Shown here piece after piece: positions 40,660-53,400 of a stretch of 64,000 bases of DNA (position 1 is its first letter; every line of letters starts with the position of its first letter). Source of the stretch: Octopus sinensis (Eukaryota); contig NC_042997.1 in assembly GCF_006345805.1 (NCBI RefSeq), positions 11,656,001 to 11,720,000 of the forward strand, read 5' to 3'. Below the pieces are notes generated by a model, which searched no databases, was not told where the DNA came from, and saw only the letters and a program-made list of their open reading frames with translations. The position numbers and the translations under genes were made by a program.

Positions 40660-41730
40660 TTTCATTGTTTACTTTGATGTAATAAACCTTTACACTAGGA
40701 GCTCACATCAATATGGACTGGAAGCCATTAAATTCTGGCTAGAAAAATACCCCAATGAGGTCCCGGAAATAATAAAAAAAGAATTCATCATCGAAGGCCT
40801 TAAGTTTATCCTACAAAACAACTTTTTGAATTTTAATAGTAGCACCTATAGACAGGTATCAGGGACTGCAATGGTCTCTAAAGTTGCCCCTACTTATGCA
40901 TACCTGGGGATGCCCCCCCCCTAGAATTACAAATTTATAAAGAATCCAAATCTGAATACGGCCTGTCTTTCCACAAATACCTGTTGGAGAATTGGAAACG
41001 CTACTTGGATGATTGCCTCATCCTATGGTCCCACACACTCGACAAAGTCATTGATTTTAAACTCTTAATCAACAGTATCAACAACCATATCCAGTTTACA
41101 ATGGAATATAGTGAAGACCAACTTCCTTTTCTTTACATTCTTATAAAAGAAAGGCACTAACTTTGAAACTGATATCTACTATAAACCAACTGATTCGAAA
41201 AATACCTCCTGTTCACCTCCAATCACCCAAAGCACACGAAGACAAATATCCCCTTCAACCTAGCAAGAATAATCTGTACAATTGTCTCAAATTATAGAAT
41301 ATGAAATAAAAGACTCCAAGAACTAAAGGCAATTCTTCTCGAAAGACATTCTCCAGTATCATTAGTTGAAAATGGAATAGAACGGGCCAAGACAATTGAT
41401 ACCCAAGACTTACGAAAACCGAAACACACTCACGATACATTAAATAGTCTCCCATATCTCTCAACACACAATCCAAGAAATGCAGAAGCTCACACAATTA
41501 TATACAAGAACATTCCACAGCTGAGTCAAGACCCACGTCTATAAAAAGTACTCGCAACCCATAAAATAATAAAAAGCAAAAGACAACCCAAATCCTTAAA
41601 AAACCTACTCACCTATGCACAATTACCCAACACAAGCCCACCGCCAACCGTAAAAAAATGTGGTTGTTCCAACTACAGGACTTCCACCCACCTCATTGAA
41701 GGAACAATACACACAAGAGAAAATGTCAGA
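40660..41730 (+). mobile_element. Penelope-like element RT region (frameshifted)
   Basis: FDVINLYT...EGLKFILQNNF...RQVSGTAMVSKVAPTYA, WKRYLDDC, DIYYKPTDS, SNHPKHTKTNIPFNLA, YLSTHNPRN. Confidence 0.9.
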
Positions 41731-42071
41731 AAGGTAAGTTATTCCTCTACAATTTTTTGTAAATTCTTAAATATATCTCCTTCTGTGTATATATATACTA
41801 CCACACAAACATGATTTTTATTGAACTCTAGTTTTTGGAGTCCCCTTCTGATTGCTTGCTCAAATACTTTCTTGCAAACTGTTTTTAACATTTTCTTATG
41901 ATTATCAAAGAATGTATCTCTGCTTTTTAATACTTTTGTGATAACCAGTACGTAACACAACAAAGCTCATCCATAGCTTTGCATTTTACTTTTGACAATC
42001 TTTTTCTACAAAAGTGAAACCCGTCAAGTGAATAAACATCTTTAAAATTGCATTTTCAAACCTTCTTTCAA

Positions 42072-42102
<31 letters not shown>

Positions 42103-42114
42103 ATATATATATAC

Positions 42115-42246
42115 CTGTAAAATAATATGTGACAATTATTCAATAGCCAAGATAAAACTGTGAGTTTCGGATGCCGAGGTGGAAATCCACACCACCATCT
42201 CTTCGGTTATCTGGCCTTTGAATAATTGTCACATATTATTTTTCAG
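42115..42246 (-). ncRNA. Hammerhead ribozyme motif (CCGAAGA core) closed by a ~40-bp hairpin stem I
   Basis: AGATAA-CCGAAGA-GATG..CATC(C)-GAAACT-CAC-AGTT-TTATCT; 23-bp perfect inverted repeat 42121-42143 / 42218-42240; activity not shown. Confidence 0.65.
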
Positions 42247-42312
42247 ATAAATTTCCTCTATTTACAAATATTGAGGTCTCTTTCTTTCTTTTGTTACTTT
42301 ACCATTTTTACC

Positions 42313-42368
<56 letters not shown>

Positions 42369-42699
42369 GGTGTGTATATATATATGTAGATGCTTGGCTG
42401 TATGTTTGTATGTTTGTGACACATTTTACCTTCTAGAAGCAAATTCACTTCTGTTTACTGTGGAAAAAGTTCTGGCTTATAGTAAAAGGTGTAAAAACAT
42501 CGTATCTGCTCAGTGTCTTCCCCTAGTGGACTCCTAGATATGTTCCTTTCTCCCGAACCTTCCTCAAACAGGAAATACCGAAATGAGACAACCCTGAGCA
42601 GAATAGAAAGATGTATTTATTCTGACCGGGCGGTCTGCGAGCGCAAGTCAGTCATTAATATTGGTTGTTGAATGGTAAAACCACGGTTGCTACTACTGT

Positions 42700-42733
<34 letters not shown>

Positions 42734-43487
42734 TTTGGAGGCGTGCATGCCTGAACGCGTGTGTGCATGTGAATACGTGTATGTAATAAATTGTAGTAAG
42801 AGTAATGGTAGGAAAATGCTTTTGTTAAGGAATGTTGGAAATTTACGGAGGCGAGGTCATGGAGAACTAATGTAAAGTTTATGAACAGATCCTTTTTCTT
42901 TACTAAATGGACTCTTGCCGACATAAACGGCCAATAGGCTTTCAGAATTCAAATGATTGAAGACAGATAAAAAACATCATTGAAGTGCATAAACGGGAAT
43001 AAAAATAATTATCAAACATGTTTTATTTGGAGATTGTGAATAAATATACACAATTTTATTTTATAATAATTAGTTGGTTCATCGAGTATAATGACTAAGA
43101 ATAACAATAAATACAACCAAGTTAACTCTTATGGAAATCGAATGAGTCAAAATAACAACAAAAGAAACACAACGCAATTGATAAAAATATAATATTTATA
43201 TAAAAATAAAGATATTTCTAATACAAGTACATGCTTTAGAAAACCTTATACTGCTAGGCATACACAGAACACTTCCTGCTTAAGACACATTCAGTAATAA
43301 GACAATGATAATAACAACATCACAGTCAAGACGACATCCTAAAACGCAACGGAAAAATATCTAGAAAAAATTCAAAAAAAAAAATCTATGCAAGTCCATA
43401 AGGTACCCCCACAAAGAAAAAAGAAAGAAAACGCAAAAAAAAAACAAACCAAATAAATAAAATCGTGAAACGGAAATTGAGAAGAAA

Positions 43488-43490
<3 letters not shown>

Positions 43491-43552
<62 letters not shown>

Positions 43553-43590
43553 CAATAATAATAATAATAACAACAATAATAATAATAATA
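43491..43590. repeat. (AAT)n microsatellite
   Basis: Direct reading. Confidence 0.97.
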
Positions 43591-43599
43591 GATTCAAAT

Positions 43600-44250
43600 T
43601 TTGGTACAAGTCAATAAATTTAGGATAGATGTTAAATCGATTACATCGAACGCTCATTGACCACATGATCAACTGGCACGCACTTATTTTATTGGCCTCG
43701 AAAGGATGAAAAATAAAGGCAACCGCGGCGTATTTTTGAACTTATATGTAAAGAACCGGAAGATCTGCCGATAAACCTTTAGTACGAGGTGCTAACGATT
43801 CTGTTCGCTCGCCGTCAAGATATTAATACTAATTATGATCCTTTCTACTAAGGATAGTTTGAGGGGAGGGAGCAAGTCGATTACATCAACCTCAGTGCGT
43901 AACTGGTACTTATTTCATCAACCCCGAAAGATTAAAAGCGAAGACAACTTCGGTGGAATTTGAACTCAGAATTCAGTACGAAATGCCGCAAAGCATTTTG
44001 CCCGGCGTGCTAACGGTTCTGCCAGCTCGTTGCCTCAATAGTAATCCTTTCTACTAAAGGCACAAGGCGAAAAAATTTGGGGGAGCGAACTAGTCGATTA
44101 CATCAACCCCAACGTTTCAATGGTACTTAATTTATCGACGCCAAAAGAATGAAAGTTGACTTCGGTAGAATTTGAACTCAGATCGTAATGACGGACGAAA
44201 TGCCGATGATCATTTTGCTCGGCATGCTAACGATTTTGCCAGATCGCCGC
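43600..44250 (-). mobile_element. Three head-to-tail diverged SINE family D copies
   Basis: Repeated GTACTTA..TATCGAC.CCGAAAG.ATGAAAG...GAATTTGAACTCAGA cores. Confidence 0.8.
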
Positions 44251-44300
<50 letters not shown>

Positions 44301-44301
<1 letters not shown>

Positions 44302-44838
44302 GCCCTGATGCCCTGATGCAGTACCAGGCAGTGACTCTCGTGGCTTCTGATATTAAATGATTGGAAGTGTTATCATGTACATTGTTTTGTCTTGGTATAA
44401 AAGATGGGCTACAGCAAATATTCTGCTCAATACCACAGATTTGCTCGTCAGTTGTTTGACCTTAACCAGTTGAGCATGTCTCTTCGTGGCTGACGATATG
44501 TGCATCTCTGATCATGAGCAGAAGTAGTGGGGGAGCATCATAGCCATATGTTGAGAGGGATTCTTTGGGGTTTGAATAACTCGCTTTTGAAAACATGGGT
44601 GTTTAGTTTAACATCCTTAAACAACCCTTATTCAGGGACATTTTGTGCGGGATGGGTCACTCGACTTGAAGGATTCTAACTGAGCCCCACCTGCAAGGTC
44701 ATGTGCTGTTTATCTTGATATGATATCACCATGTCGCGCACATATGGTTGTGATGCATGTGCTAGTGTACCCTTATAAGACGAGTAGTCATGATGGGTAT
44801 ACTGGGCTTCGTATATTTGTACCCCAGTGTCACTTTGA
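44301..44838. mobile_element. Unclassified ~550-bp (AAT)n-associated element, copy 1 (3' ~30 bp missing)
   Basis: TGCCCTGATGCAGTACCAGG...GTGTCACTTTGA; homologous to 49757-50314 and 54453-55004. Confidence 0.85.
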
Positions 44839-45248
44839 CATGACTATTCCTTCCGATCACAATATACCGGCGAAAGAATTTGACAAGATCAGTAAATATA
44901 AAGACTTGCTAATAGAAATTGAAAAAATGTCGTATCTCAAGGCGACTACAGTAACAGTGATTGTAGGAATGATAAAAAAGGTACTGAAACCTATTTGAAA
45001 ATGATACCAGGTTTACCATTCCTACAGGAAGTGCAAAAAATCGTGTTAACTGGAAAGACTCATGTACTGAGAGGAGCATTATCGCTGTGAAAACAACAAT
45101 CCATTCATGAATTTATGTATTTATTAATTTTTTTAAATACATATTTTACCTGTGAATTTGCGTGTGTAATCTGGGAATGCATACCATGGGCTTCTCTGCC
45201 CTAGGTGTACGGGAAACACCCGGCGAGAAATGGAAGGAAATTTGAATA
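44835..45248 (+). mobile_element. R4/Dong-like LINE family 2, 5'-truncated (RLE C-terminus plus 3' UTR)
   Basis: DMTIPSDHNIPAKEFDKISKYKDLLIEIEKM...TVIVGMIKK; ends in (AAT)n. Confidence 0.8.
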
Positions 45249-45257
45249 CAGAAGGAA

Positions 45258-45299
<42 letters not shown>

Positions 45300-45325
45300 T
45301 AATAATAATAATAATAATAATAATC

Positions 45326-45949
45326 ATCATCTCTAGCTGCCCAGTCCTGGCTAAGAAGGAATATATTCACAGACATGACAGAGTTGGAACCTACATACAT
45401 TGGAAGCTATGCCAACATTATGGAATAACAACAGAAAAAAGATGGTATAGGCACACACCAGAAAAGGTCACAGAAAACGAGAAAGCAACCATACTCTGGG
45501 ATATGCCGATACACACAGATAGAGAAATTAAGGCCAACAGACCAGATATAGTTGTCAGAGATCATGAAGAAAAAAAATGCTTTCTAATTGATGTATCAAT
45601 ACCGGCAGATGACAACGTGTCTCTAAAAGAAATGGAGAAACTCTCAAAATACAAAGACCTGGAAATAGAGGTAACTAGAATGTGGAATCTGAAAACAGAA
45701 ACAATTCCTATCATAGTAGGTGCATTAGGCATGATAAAAAATATTCAGACAAATACATAACAAAAACACCAGGACTTACAAACACATATAACATACAGAA
45801 AATTGCACTACTAGGCACTGCACACATCCTACGCAGAACACTTTCCATACAATAACCATCAGAGCATCACAACAAACCACAGCACATACCCAAGGCACAC
45901 AGAGCTGCGCTCGGTAGTGAAGTGAAAGCACGCTATAAAAATAAAACTA

Positions 45950-45952
<3 letters not shown>
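45326..45952 (+). mobile_element. R4/Dong-like LINE family 1, 5'-truncated copy inside (AAT)n
   Basis: Near-identical to 53762-54386; RPDIVVRD...FLIDVSIP...EKLSKYKDL. Confidence 0.95.
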
Positions 45953-46014
<62 letters not shown>

Positions 46015-46285
46015 CAACAATGGGATTTAATGATAATAGGATTTACATAAAAACGTGCAAAAAGTAAAAGCCACAATTAAAATTATCATAATGAAATTCT
46101 AAACAAGAGAGTACTACCACCAAAGATATCCAAGAAACGTCACCGCTCCTGGCTCACTCTGACTGTCATGAATACCATTGTGAGGCGCCGCTCCCATCTG
46201 CTCACTCCATGTTCGTCACTCTCCTCTACTTTTCAACAAATTTCTTGGTGGAAGGGCAACACATGAGTTGAAAGTTGTACCTTAC

Positions 46286-46424
46286 CACCAGTATATCGGC
46301 ATGCACCAACCTCCAAAATATCCAAAATACATCGTAGAAAGTATAACAGGAAAAAATGCTTCATTATCAATGTCATGTAACGCTCGACAGGGATGAAGTA
46401 AGTCAGAGTTAAAGTCATAAAGCT
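46286..46424 (-). CDS. Candidate 139-nt exon (two open frames)
   Basis: Acceptor CCAACTTTTCAG, donor GTG|GTAAGG; no homology recognised. Confidence 0.3.
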
Positions 46425-46444
46425 CTGAAAAGTTGGTTAAAGAC

Positions 46445-46601
46445 GCTGGTATGGACGAGTGGTAAGAAGATTGCTTCTCAATCACAGGATTCTGGGTTCA
46501 GTCCCATTGCATTGCACTTTGAGCAGGAGTTTTCTACAATAGCCTCGGGAAGACCAAAGCCTTAGAGGTGGAATTGGTCAACGTAAACTAAAAGAAGCCC
46601 G

Positions 46602-46620
<19 letters not shown>
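46445..46620 (+). mobile_element. Diverged SINE family A, 5' half
   Basis: GAGTGGTAAGAAG...GGGTTCAGTCCCA...GACCAAAGCC...AAGAAGCCCGTCG followed by (CA)n. Confidence 0.7.
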
Positions 46621-46668
<48 letters not shown>

Positions 46669-46689
46669 ACACACACATATATATATATA

Positions 46690-47770
46690 TATATAGAGGA
46701 ATGTTCTGGTGGACGGTGTCGAAGGTTTCATTGTTAAGAGAGTCGTGTGTGGATATATACGGTAGCGCTTTTGGTTGTAAATCTTTCTTTAATTTGGGAT
46801 GTCTGAGTTCGTGGATGTTGAGTTGTAGGGCACGTTGAAAGCCTATATCAGTTAGTGATAGCGGGTACTTCTTGGTAATGAGCATATCCTTTAGTTCATG
46901 TAGTCGTGTGACCCAGGTGCTTGTATTAGAAACTATAGTACATGTTCTTTTTGCTAGAAGGGATATCCTTTTTGCTGGAAGGGATATTCATTCTAGTGTG
47001 TCTGGAGTGGCATGAGTTAAACGGTAGATATTGCTTGGCGTTCGTGTGCTTATAGTATATATATCTGTCTCTGTTTCGTTCTTAGATTTCTTAATGATGA
47101 TGTCGAGGAAGGGGAGTTATTGCTGGTTATATTCCATCGTGAATTGGATGTTTACATCCAGTCCATTTAAAATTGCTTGGAATTTTTTGAGTTTCTCTAT
47201 ATTTTCATGCCAAAGAATGAAACAATCATCTAGGTATCTTTTCCAGTTGTTTTCTATGTAGAGGGAGAAAGGGCTGCCATATCTTTCTAGAACCTTACGA
47301 TAAAGACTTGTTTCTAGATGTCCATGACAAGGTTAGCAAAGGAGGGGTCCATTCTCGTACCCATCGAGGTCCCCGATTTTTGTCGTTAGAAGTTGTCTTT
47401 GAAGACAAAGTAGTTATTCACCAAGATGAATTTTAGCCCTTCTATGTGGGAGTTCATTGAATTGCCTCTATACCTAGGCTGTGGTGAAATTAGAATGGAA
47501 GTTGACTACATTGAAGAATACTAGTAGAGTGTTGTTAATTCAGGGAGGTGATTGAGTATATTTAGCTCGTCCCTTATGTATCTTTTGATATGCTTGAAGA
47601 ATGGTTTTAAGAGGGTATCTAAAAAGTTACTGAGGCATGCGGGACCTGCTATTATAGGTCTTAATTTGAGGAAATTTGGAGTAGGGACCTTGATTATTAT
47701 GTCTGTGGCTATTCTGCATGCGTTACTACTTATTTTCTCGCTTTTGTGTATCTTAGGAATACACAAGAGG
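46690..47770 (-). mobile_element. Penelope-like element RT region
   Basis: PKIHKS...LKLRPIIAGPA...LSNFLDTLLKPF..HIKRYIRD; GLKFILVNNYFVF..RQKSGTSMGTRM.PSFANL. Confidence 0.88.
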
Positions 47771-48174
47771 GAGTACGAAAAGAAGAGATATAATAATAAT
47801 AATAATGATAATAATAATATTAATAAAAATAATAATAATAACAACAACAACAACAACAACAGCAACGATAACAAATATAGCATGACGTATAAGAAAAGAT
47901 TGCTGTCATTCTTTTTTTAGAGGGAGGGTTGTATTTATTTTTTGTCTTTTGTTTTGTTTTTTTTCCCCTATATTTCAAATCTCGTCTCTTATCGACAACT
48001 GAATTAAAGGTTGGAATAACTGTCTAAGGGATATGAATATCCTTTATTACTACCGGTATAAATTTTATCGCAAGAGAGCTCTGCCAAACCAGTTAAGTCC
48101 ACCCTTTTCGTATTTAACTTGACATTTATGAAAGAGTGTGAGAACAGTTGTGTTGGTATTGTTTTTATTAGTGA

Positions 48175-48485
48175 AGGTGTGTGGGTTAGTGGCATCCGAT
48201 CCACGAGCGTAAGGTCGTGAGTTTGATTCTCAGCGGCGTTGTGCCTTTGAGCAAGACACTTTATTTCACGTTGCTCCTGTCCACTAAGCCGACAAAAATG
48301 AGTAGTACCTGTATCTCAAAGGGCTAGCCTTGTCACATTCTGTCAAGCTGAATCTTCCTGAAAACCACGTTAAGGGTACGCATGTCTGAGGAGTGTTCCA
48401 CCATTTGCATATTAATTTCACGAGGAGGCTGTTCCGTTGATCGAATCAACCGGAACCGTCATCTTCGTAACCGACAGAGTGCCAA
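48175..48485 (+). mobile_element. Chimeric SINE: family C CORE-like middle with family B tail
   Basis: TTGAGCAAGACACTTTATTTCACGTTGCTCC (family C) joined to GTACCTGTATCTCAAAGGGCTAGCCTTGTCAC...CCGTTGATCG (family B). Confidence 0.8.
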
Positions 48486-48711
48486 TTTTTAAAAATTGTC
48501 TTTATCGTGAGTGTTTTTATCTATTCTCTTATGTTCGAAACACCGGAGAAATTACCATTTGTATTTGAACTTGAAAATATGTTTCTTTATAGATTATTCT
48601 GTGTGGTGCCTGTACGAACGGTTTTCTTTATTAAGGAGTGTATATATTATTTTCGTTTTCCCCTTCTCATTATATTGCTAAGATACGACAGAAAAGGAGC
48701 TTTAGTTAAAA

Positions 48712-49094
48712 CTAGCAGTATCGCCCGGCGTTGCTCAGGTTTGTAAGGGAAATAACTATAAAGCATTTTTAGAGAGTTATAGCCAAAAAATAGCAAAAAA
48801 ATGGAAAAAAATGATGGTAAATTTTTTTTTAGTTAAAAAAGGTGGAGTTGCGTCCCCTAGACAGTTTGCGGTTTGTGTTTCTGATTCTCGACCCCCATGT
48901 CGAATTTATCGATTTTTTTCAGAACTGGGGGAACTTTTCAAAATTTTCGCTGCGTTAGTTTTGAATTATGACATTGGGCTATGTGTGTGTCAAGTTTCAT
49001 CAGAATCGGTTGAAAGCCGTGGTCAGGGTGAGGGTACAACCAAACAGACACACAGAAACACGCACAGACAAACTGCCGTTTATATAGAGAGAGA
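48712..49094 (-). mobile_element. Non-autonomous Helitron sharing its 3' ~110 bp with 32486-32980
   Basis: Minus strand A|TCTCTC start and CTAG|T end with the same subterminal hairpin. Confidence 0.85.
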
Positions 49095-49169
49095 TAACAA
49101 GTTCTAATAAAGTGTCTTTTAACCCTCAAAACGGCGGAAAAAGAAATAATAAATAACTACTTATCTTTG

Positions 49170-49600
49170 CAATGATCACCTTCCCTTTCAAGTGACCACA
49201 ACTAAAGTGCGTTTCACCACGCTGCGCCAGCAAGTTTTGTCTTCAGTTATGTTATAGTAGGACATCAATTTCATGTTCTGTTGTCTATCAATGTAGGTGA
49301 ATGTTCTGCGTCTTCTCTTAGGGTGCAGAAATTTTCAAAATGATATCATTTGAGATGGTATGATATTGATCATAGTAGAACTGGACAGCAAAAAACTAAC
49401 TTGCATTAAGTAGCAATAGTAGAGGAGGGATGGAACGTTTTCATACAGCCTCTCTTTGGTCTAGAATACACACCATGAGAATTCTAGTGTATGCTCCCAC
49501 CCTCAAATCGTCTTCAAGTTCATTCGAAGAATAGTTTTCGGCTCCACAAACATGAATACACTCTACACAAATCTCAAAGAACGGATAGGCTGCAGGTAGC
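49170..49600 (-). mobile_element. RTE-clade LINE 3' fragment (old)
   Basis: Fragments AYTRILM, RRRRTFTYID and EDKTCWRSVV resemble the RTE C-terminus. Confidence 0.5.
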
Positions 49601-49702
49601 AAGTCCGCTGCGCATGCAAGATTCCAGGAGCTCCAACAAACCCTGTGATAAAGAGAAATAATGATGATGATGATGATGATGATAATAATAATAATAATAA
49701 TG

Positions 49703-49755
<53 letters not shown>

Positions 49756-49756
49756 T

Positions 49757-50314
49757 TCCCTGATGCAGTACCAGGTAGCGGCTCTTATGGCTTTTGATCT
49801 TTACTGATTGAAAGCGTTATCATATACATTGTTTTGTCTTAGTATAATAGCTGGGTGACAACAAATATTGTGCTCAGTATCACAGGTTTGCTTGTCAGTT
49901 GTTTGACCATAACCAGTTGAGCATGTCCATTACTGGCTGACGATATGTACATCTCTGATCACGAGCAGAAGTAGTGGGGGAGCACCATAGCCATGTGTTG
50001 AAAGGGATTGTTTGGGGTTTGAATAATTCACCTCTGAAAACAGGGGTGTTTTGTTCATCATCCTTAAAACAAACCTTATTTAGGGACCATTTAAGCGGGA
50101 AGGACTACTCGACCTGAAGAATTCAAACTGGGCCTCACCTGCAAGATCATGCCCTGTTTATCTTGATATGAGATCACCATGTCGCGCATATATGTTTGTG
50201 ATGCATGTGCCTAGTACACCCTTATCAGACGGGTAGTCATGATGGGTATACTGGGCTTCGTATATTTGCACCCCTGTGTCATTTTGATGGCATGCGCTGC
50301 TCTCTCACTGACTC
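49757..50314. mobile_element. Unclassified ~550-bp (AAT)n-associated element, copy 2
   Basis: (AAT)n on both sides; homology to copies 1 and 3. Confidence 0.85.
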
Positions 50315-50409
<95 letters not shown>

Positions 50410-53400
50410 GACACCGGGGACGTTTAAGGAAGACACCGGGGACGTTTAAGATGTAAGAAGGAAAATACAGAGCTCCGAAATCTATCCACAAACATCGAAA
50501 ACAAGGACATCCTATGGAGCCAAAGATTTACTAACAAAGAATTGGACTATATCCGAGTAAGTAATACGAATTGAAATTTATTACTATTTTCGAAACGAAA
50601 TGATGTATTTTGACTCGATATTATCTCCACCTCTAACACAACACATGTAAACATGCGTGGAACAACACGATCATCCCCGACCTCAAACACCATGTACAAA
50701 GGAACTACGAAGAAATTAAATGCCACCGATACTATTCAACCCAAGAATAAAAATCGAGCGGTACGTACATTAAACCTACAACAAAAAATGTACGAAAAAC
50801 TACACGTGCGAAATAATGTGACAACAGAAATAAACGGACCGGTACCCTACGAAAATGACGACCGTCAAAATAATGGGCCGGACGTTGTACCTCATGTCCC
50901 GCAATTAAAACTCAAAAGACGTAAATGGACACGTGAGGAATACATTTCTATCTTACACGCATACTTCACAGCAATGCTCTACCCACAAAATGAAAATACA
51001 ACAACACATACATATAAAATATGGAAGGAAAATAATAGAGATATAGACTTGGATACAGCAATGAACCCTAATAAATTAGCTAACGTACGAAGATGCATTC
51101 TCAAAGCCAAAAAAATATCAGAAATAGAAATAGAACATTTAAAAGAAAAAATACACCAGGAAAATGTAGATAGAAGCCACACAACAATGCCCAATAATAT
51201 AAACACTGAAACTGTAAAACACGAAGACAAACGCAACATTCCAACAAAAACACGATGTAAACAACGAAGGGGAGCCTAATGATTATGATAATATAAAAAA
51301 TAAAATAATCAAAGAACTAAAAACCACAGAGCTCAAAATGGACCACCGACCATACCTCCCAAGAATAAAAATAAACGCAATAACAACACCAATTATAAAC
51401 AACATAAACCTAGCCGTCACTGAACTAGCCACTGAAACAAAAAAAAGTGATATCACTGAACTAAATGACTTGATATACGCAGCAGCCACTGCAGCCACAA
51501 AAGAAGCTGGATACTCACCCAAACCCGCCCAAACAGGAGTACCACCACCCAAACAAACCCTGTGGATAAATAACATCCAAACAAAATAAAAAAATTAGAA
51601 AAGACCTGTCGATTCTTAATGAAATCAGCAAACAAGCAACGCTACTGAGCAACAACAAGAGAACAAAAATGCTCCGCAAATATAACATCACAGAAAAAGA
51701 TTTGCCGAGATAAAAGAAAAGCTGAAGCAAGATATCCTTGCCAAAGCTCAAAGGATCCGCCGGTACGAGAACGCCAACGCTTCTTTGAACAGAACCAAAA
51801 GTTCAACTCCGACCCCAAAAAGTTCTACAAGAACTGGGCAAAAATAAAATAGAAGTCACTGCAGCACCAACGGCAGAAGAATTGGAAGAATTCTGGAAGA
51901 AATATGGTCGGCGAACGAAGCCAAAAAAAAGGAGTATGAAAATAACAAACTCGGCATCTGAACAACTTTGGACCCCCATAACAACTGAAGAGGTCACCCA
52001 GGCACTGCAAAAACTAAGCAACTGGAAGGCACCTGGGCATGACAAGATCCCCAACGTCTGGTTGAAATATCTAACAGGAATGCACAAAAAGCTGGCTGAA
52101 AACTTTAACAGCATAGTAGCAGAGCCAGAGACAATGCCTGAATGGCTCACGAAGGGGAAAACCATCTTAATTCCCAATCAAATGAAACAACAAAACCACC
52201 AGAAAACTACAGACCAATAACCTGCCTCCCTACTATGTTCAAGGCATTTACTGCAGTGATATCGCAAAGGCTGAACAAGCACCTGGACGAAAACAAACTG
52301 TTCCCAGAAGAGCAGAAAGGATGCCGCAAGGGCTCATATGGCTGTAAAGATCAACTAATGATTAATAAAGCCGTAACTGAAGACAGCCACAGAAAGAAGA
52401 AAGGCCTCAGTATGGCCTGGATTGACTACAAAAAGGCGTTTGATAGCATCCCCCACACATGGATCCTCGAAACACTAGCCATAACAAAGTAGCACCAACA
52501 ATCATAAAATTCATAGAGCACTCTATGAATAAATGGCAAACAGTCCTACACCTCCAAACAAAAGAGGGACTCATGAAAACCGAAGACATCCCCATTAGAA
52601 GAGGAATATTCCAGGGAGACACGCTCTCCCCACTCCTTTTCTGCTTGGCACTGTCACCTCTATCTGATATGCTAAATAGAACTGGATGCGGATATAAATG
52701 TTACGGCAAAACGATCAGCCACCTTTTATATATGGATGACCTAAAACTATACGCTGCAAATGACAAACAGCTGGAAACACTATTAAAGACAGTTCATGGA
52801 TTTACCAAAGAAATAGATATGAAATTTGGATTAGAAAAATGCGCCAAAGTAACCATGAAAAGAGGAAAACTAGTTAAAAGTAACAACATCACACTAGATA
52901 AAACCAATGAAATAAAAGAATTAGACCAAAGCCAAACTTACAAATACTTAGGAATCCATGAACTAGATAAGACACAACACACACAAATGAAAGAGAAAAT
53001 AAAAAAAGAATAATATTAGACGAGTTAATCAATACTAAAAACAGAGCTCAATGCTAAAAACAAGATAATAGGTATCAACACTTTAGCTGTCCCAGTTATA
53101 AGTTACAGCTACAATATCCTTAACTGGACACGAAATGAACTGTCCAAAATAGATAGGAAAACAAGAAAAATACTGACAGGATCTAGGATGCATCACCCAA
53201 AATCTGACAGAAAGACTATATATACAACGTATAGAAGGTGGTAGAGGCCTTATACAGCTGGAAACACTATAAAAATAACCACCATAGGACTTCAAAAATA
53301 CCTACTTCAGAAAGAAGGAAAACTGATCCAGATAGCAGCAAAACACGAGCAAAACAAAAAACTGTTCTCAGTATTTAAGGAAGCTGACAAATACAAACAA

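Noticed and set aside
44488-44530. CTGACGA within the 550-bp element
   Set aside because: No GAAA or stem III and no stem I pairing
50410-50560. HDV-like ribozyme at the R4 5' end
   Set aside because: Only a partial GCTCC/GGAGC pairing; I could not build the nested double pseudoknot by eye. A descriptor search would settle it
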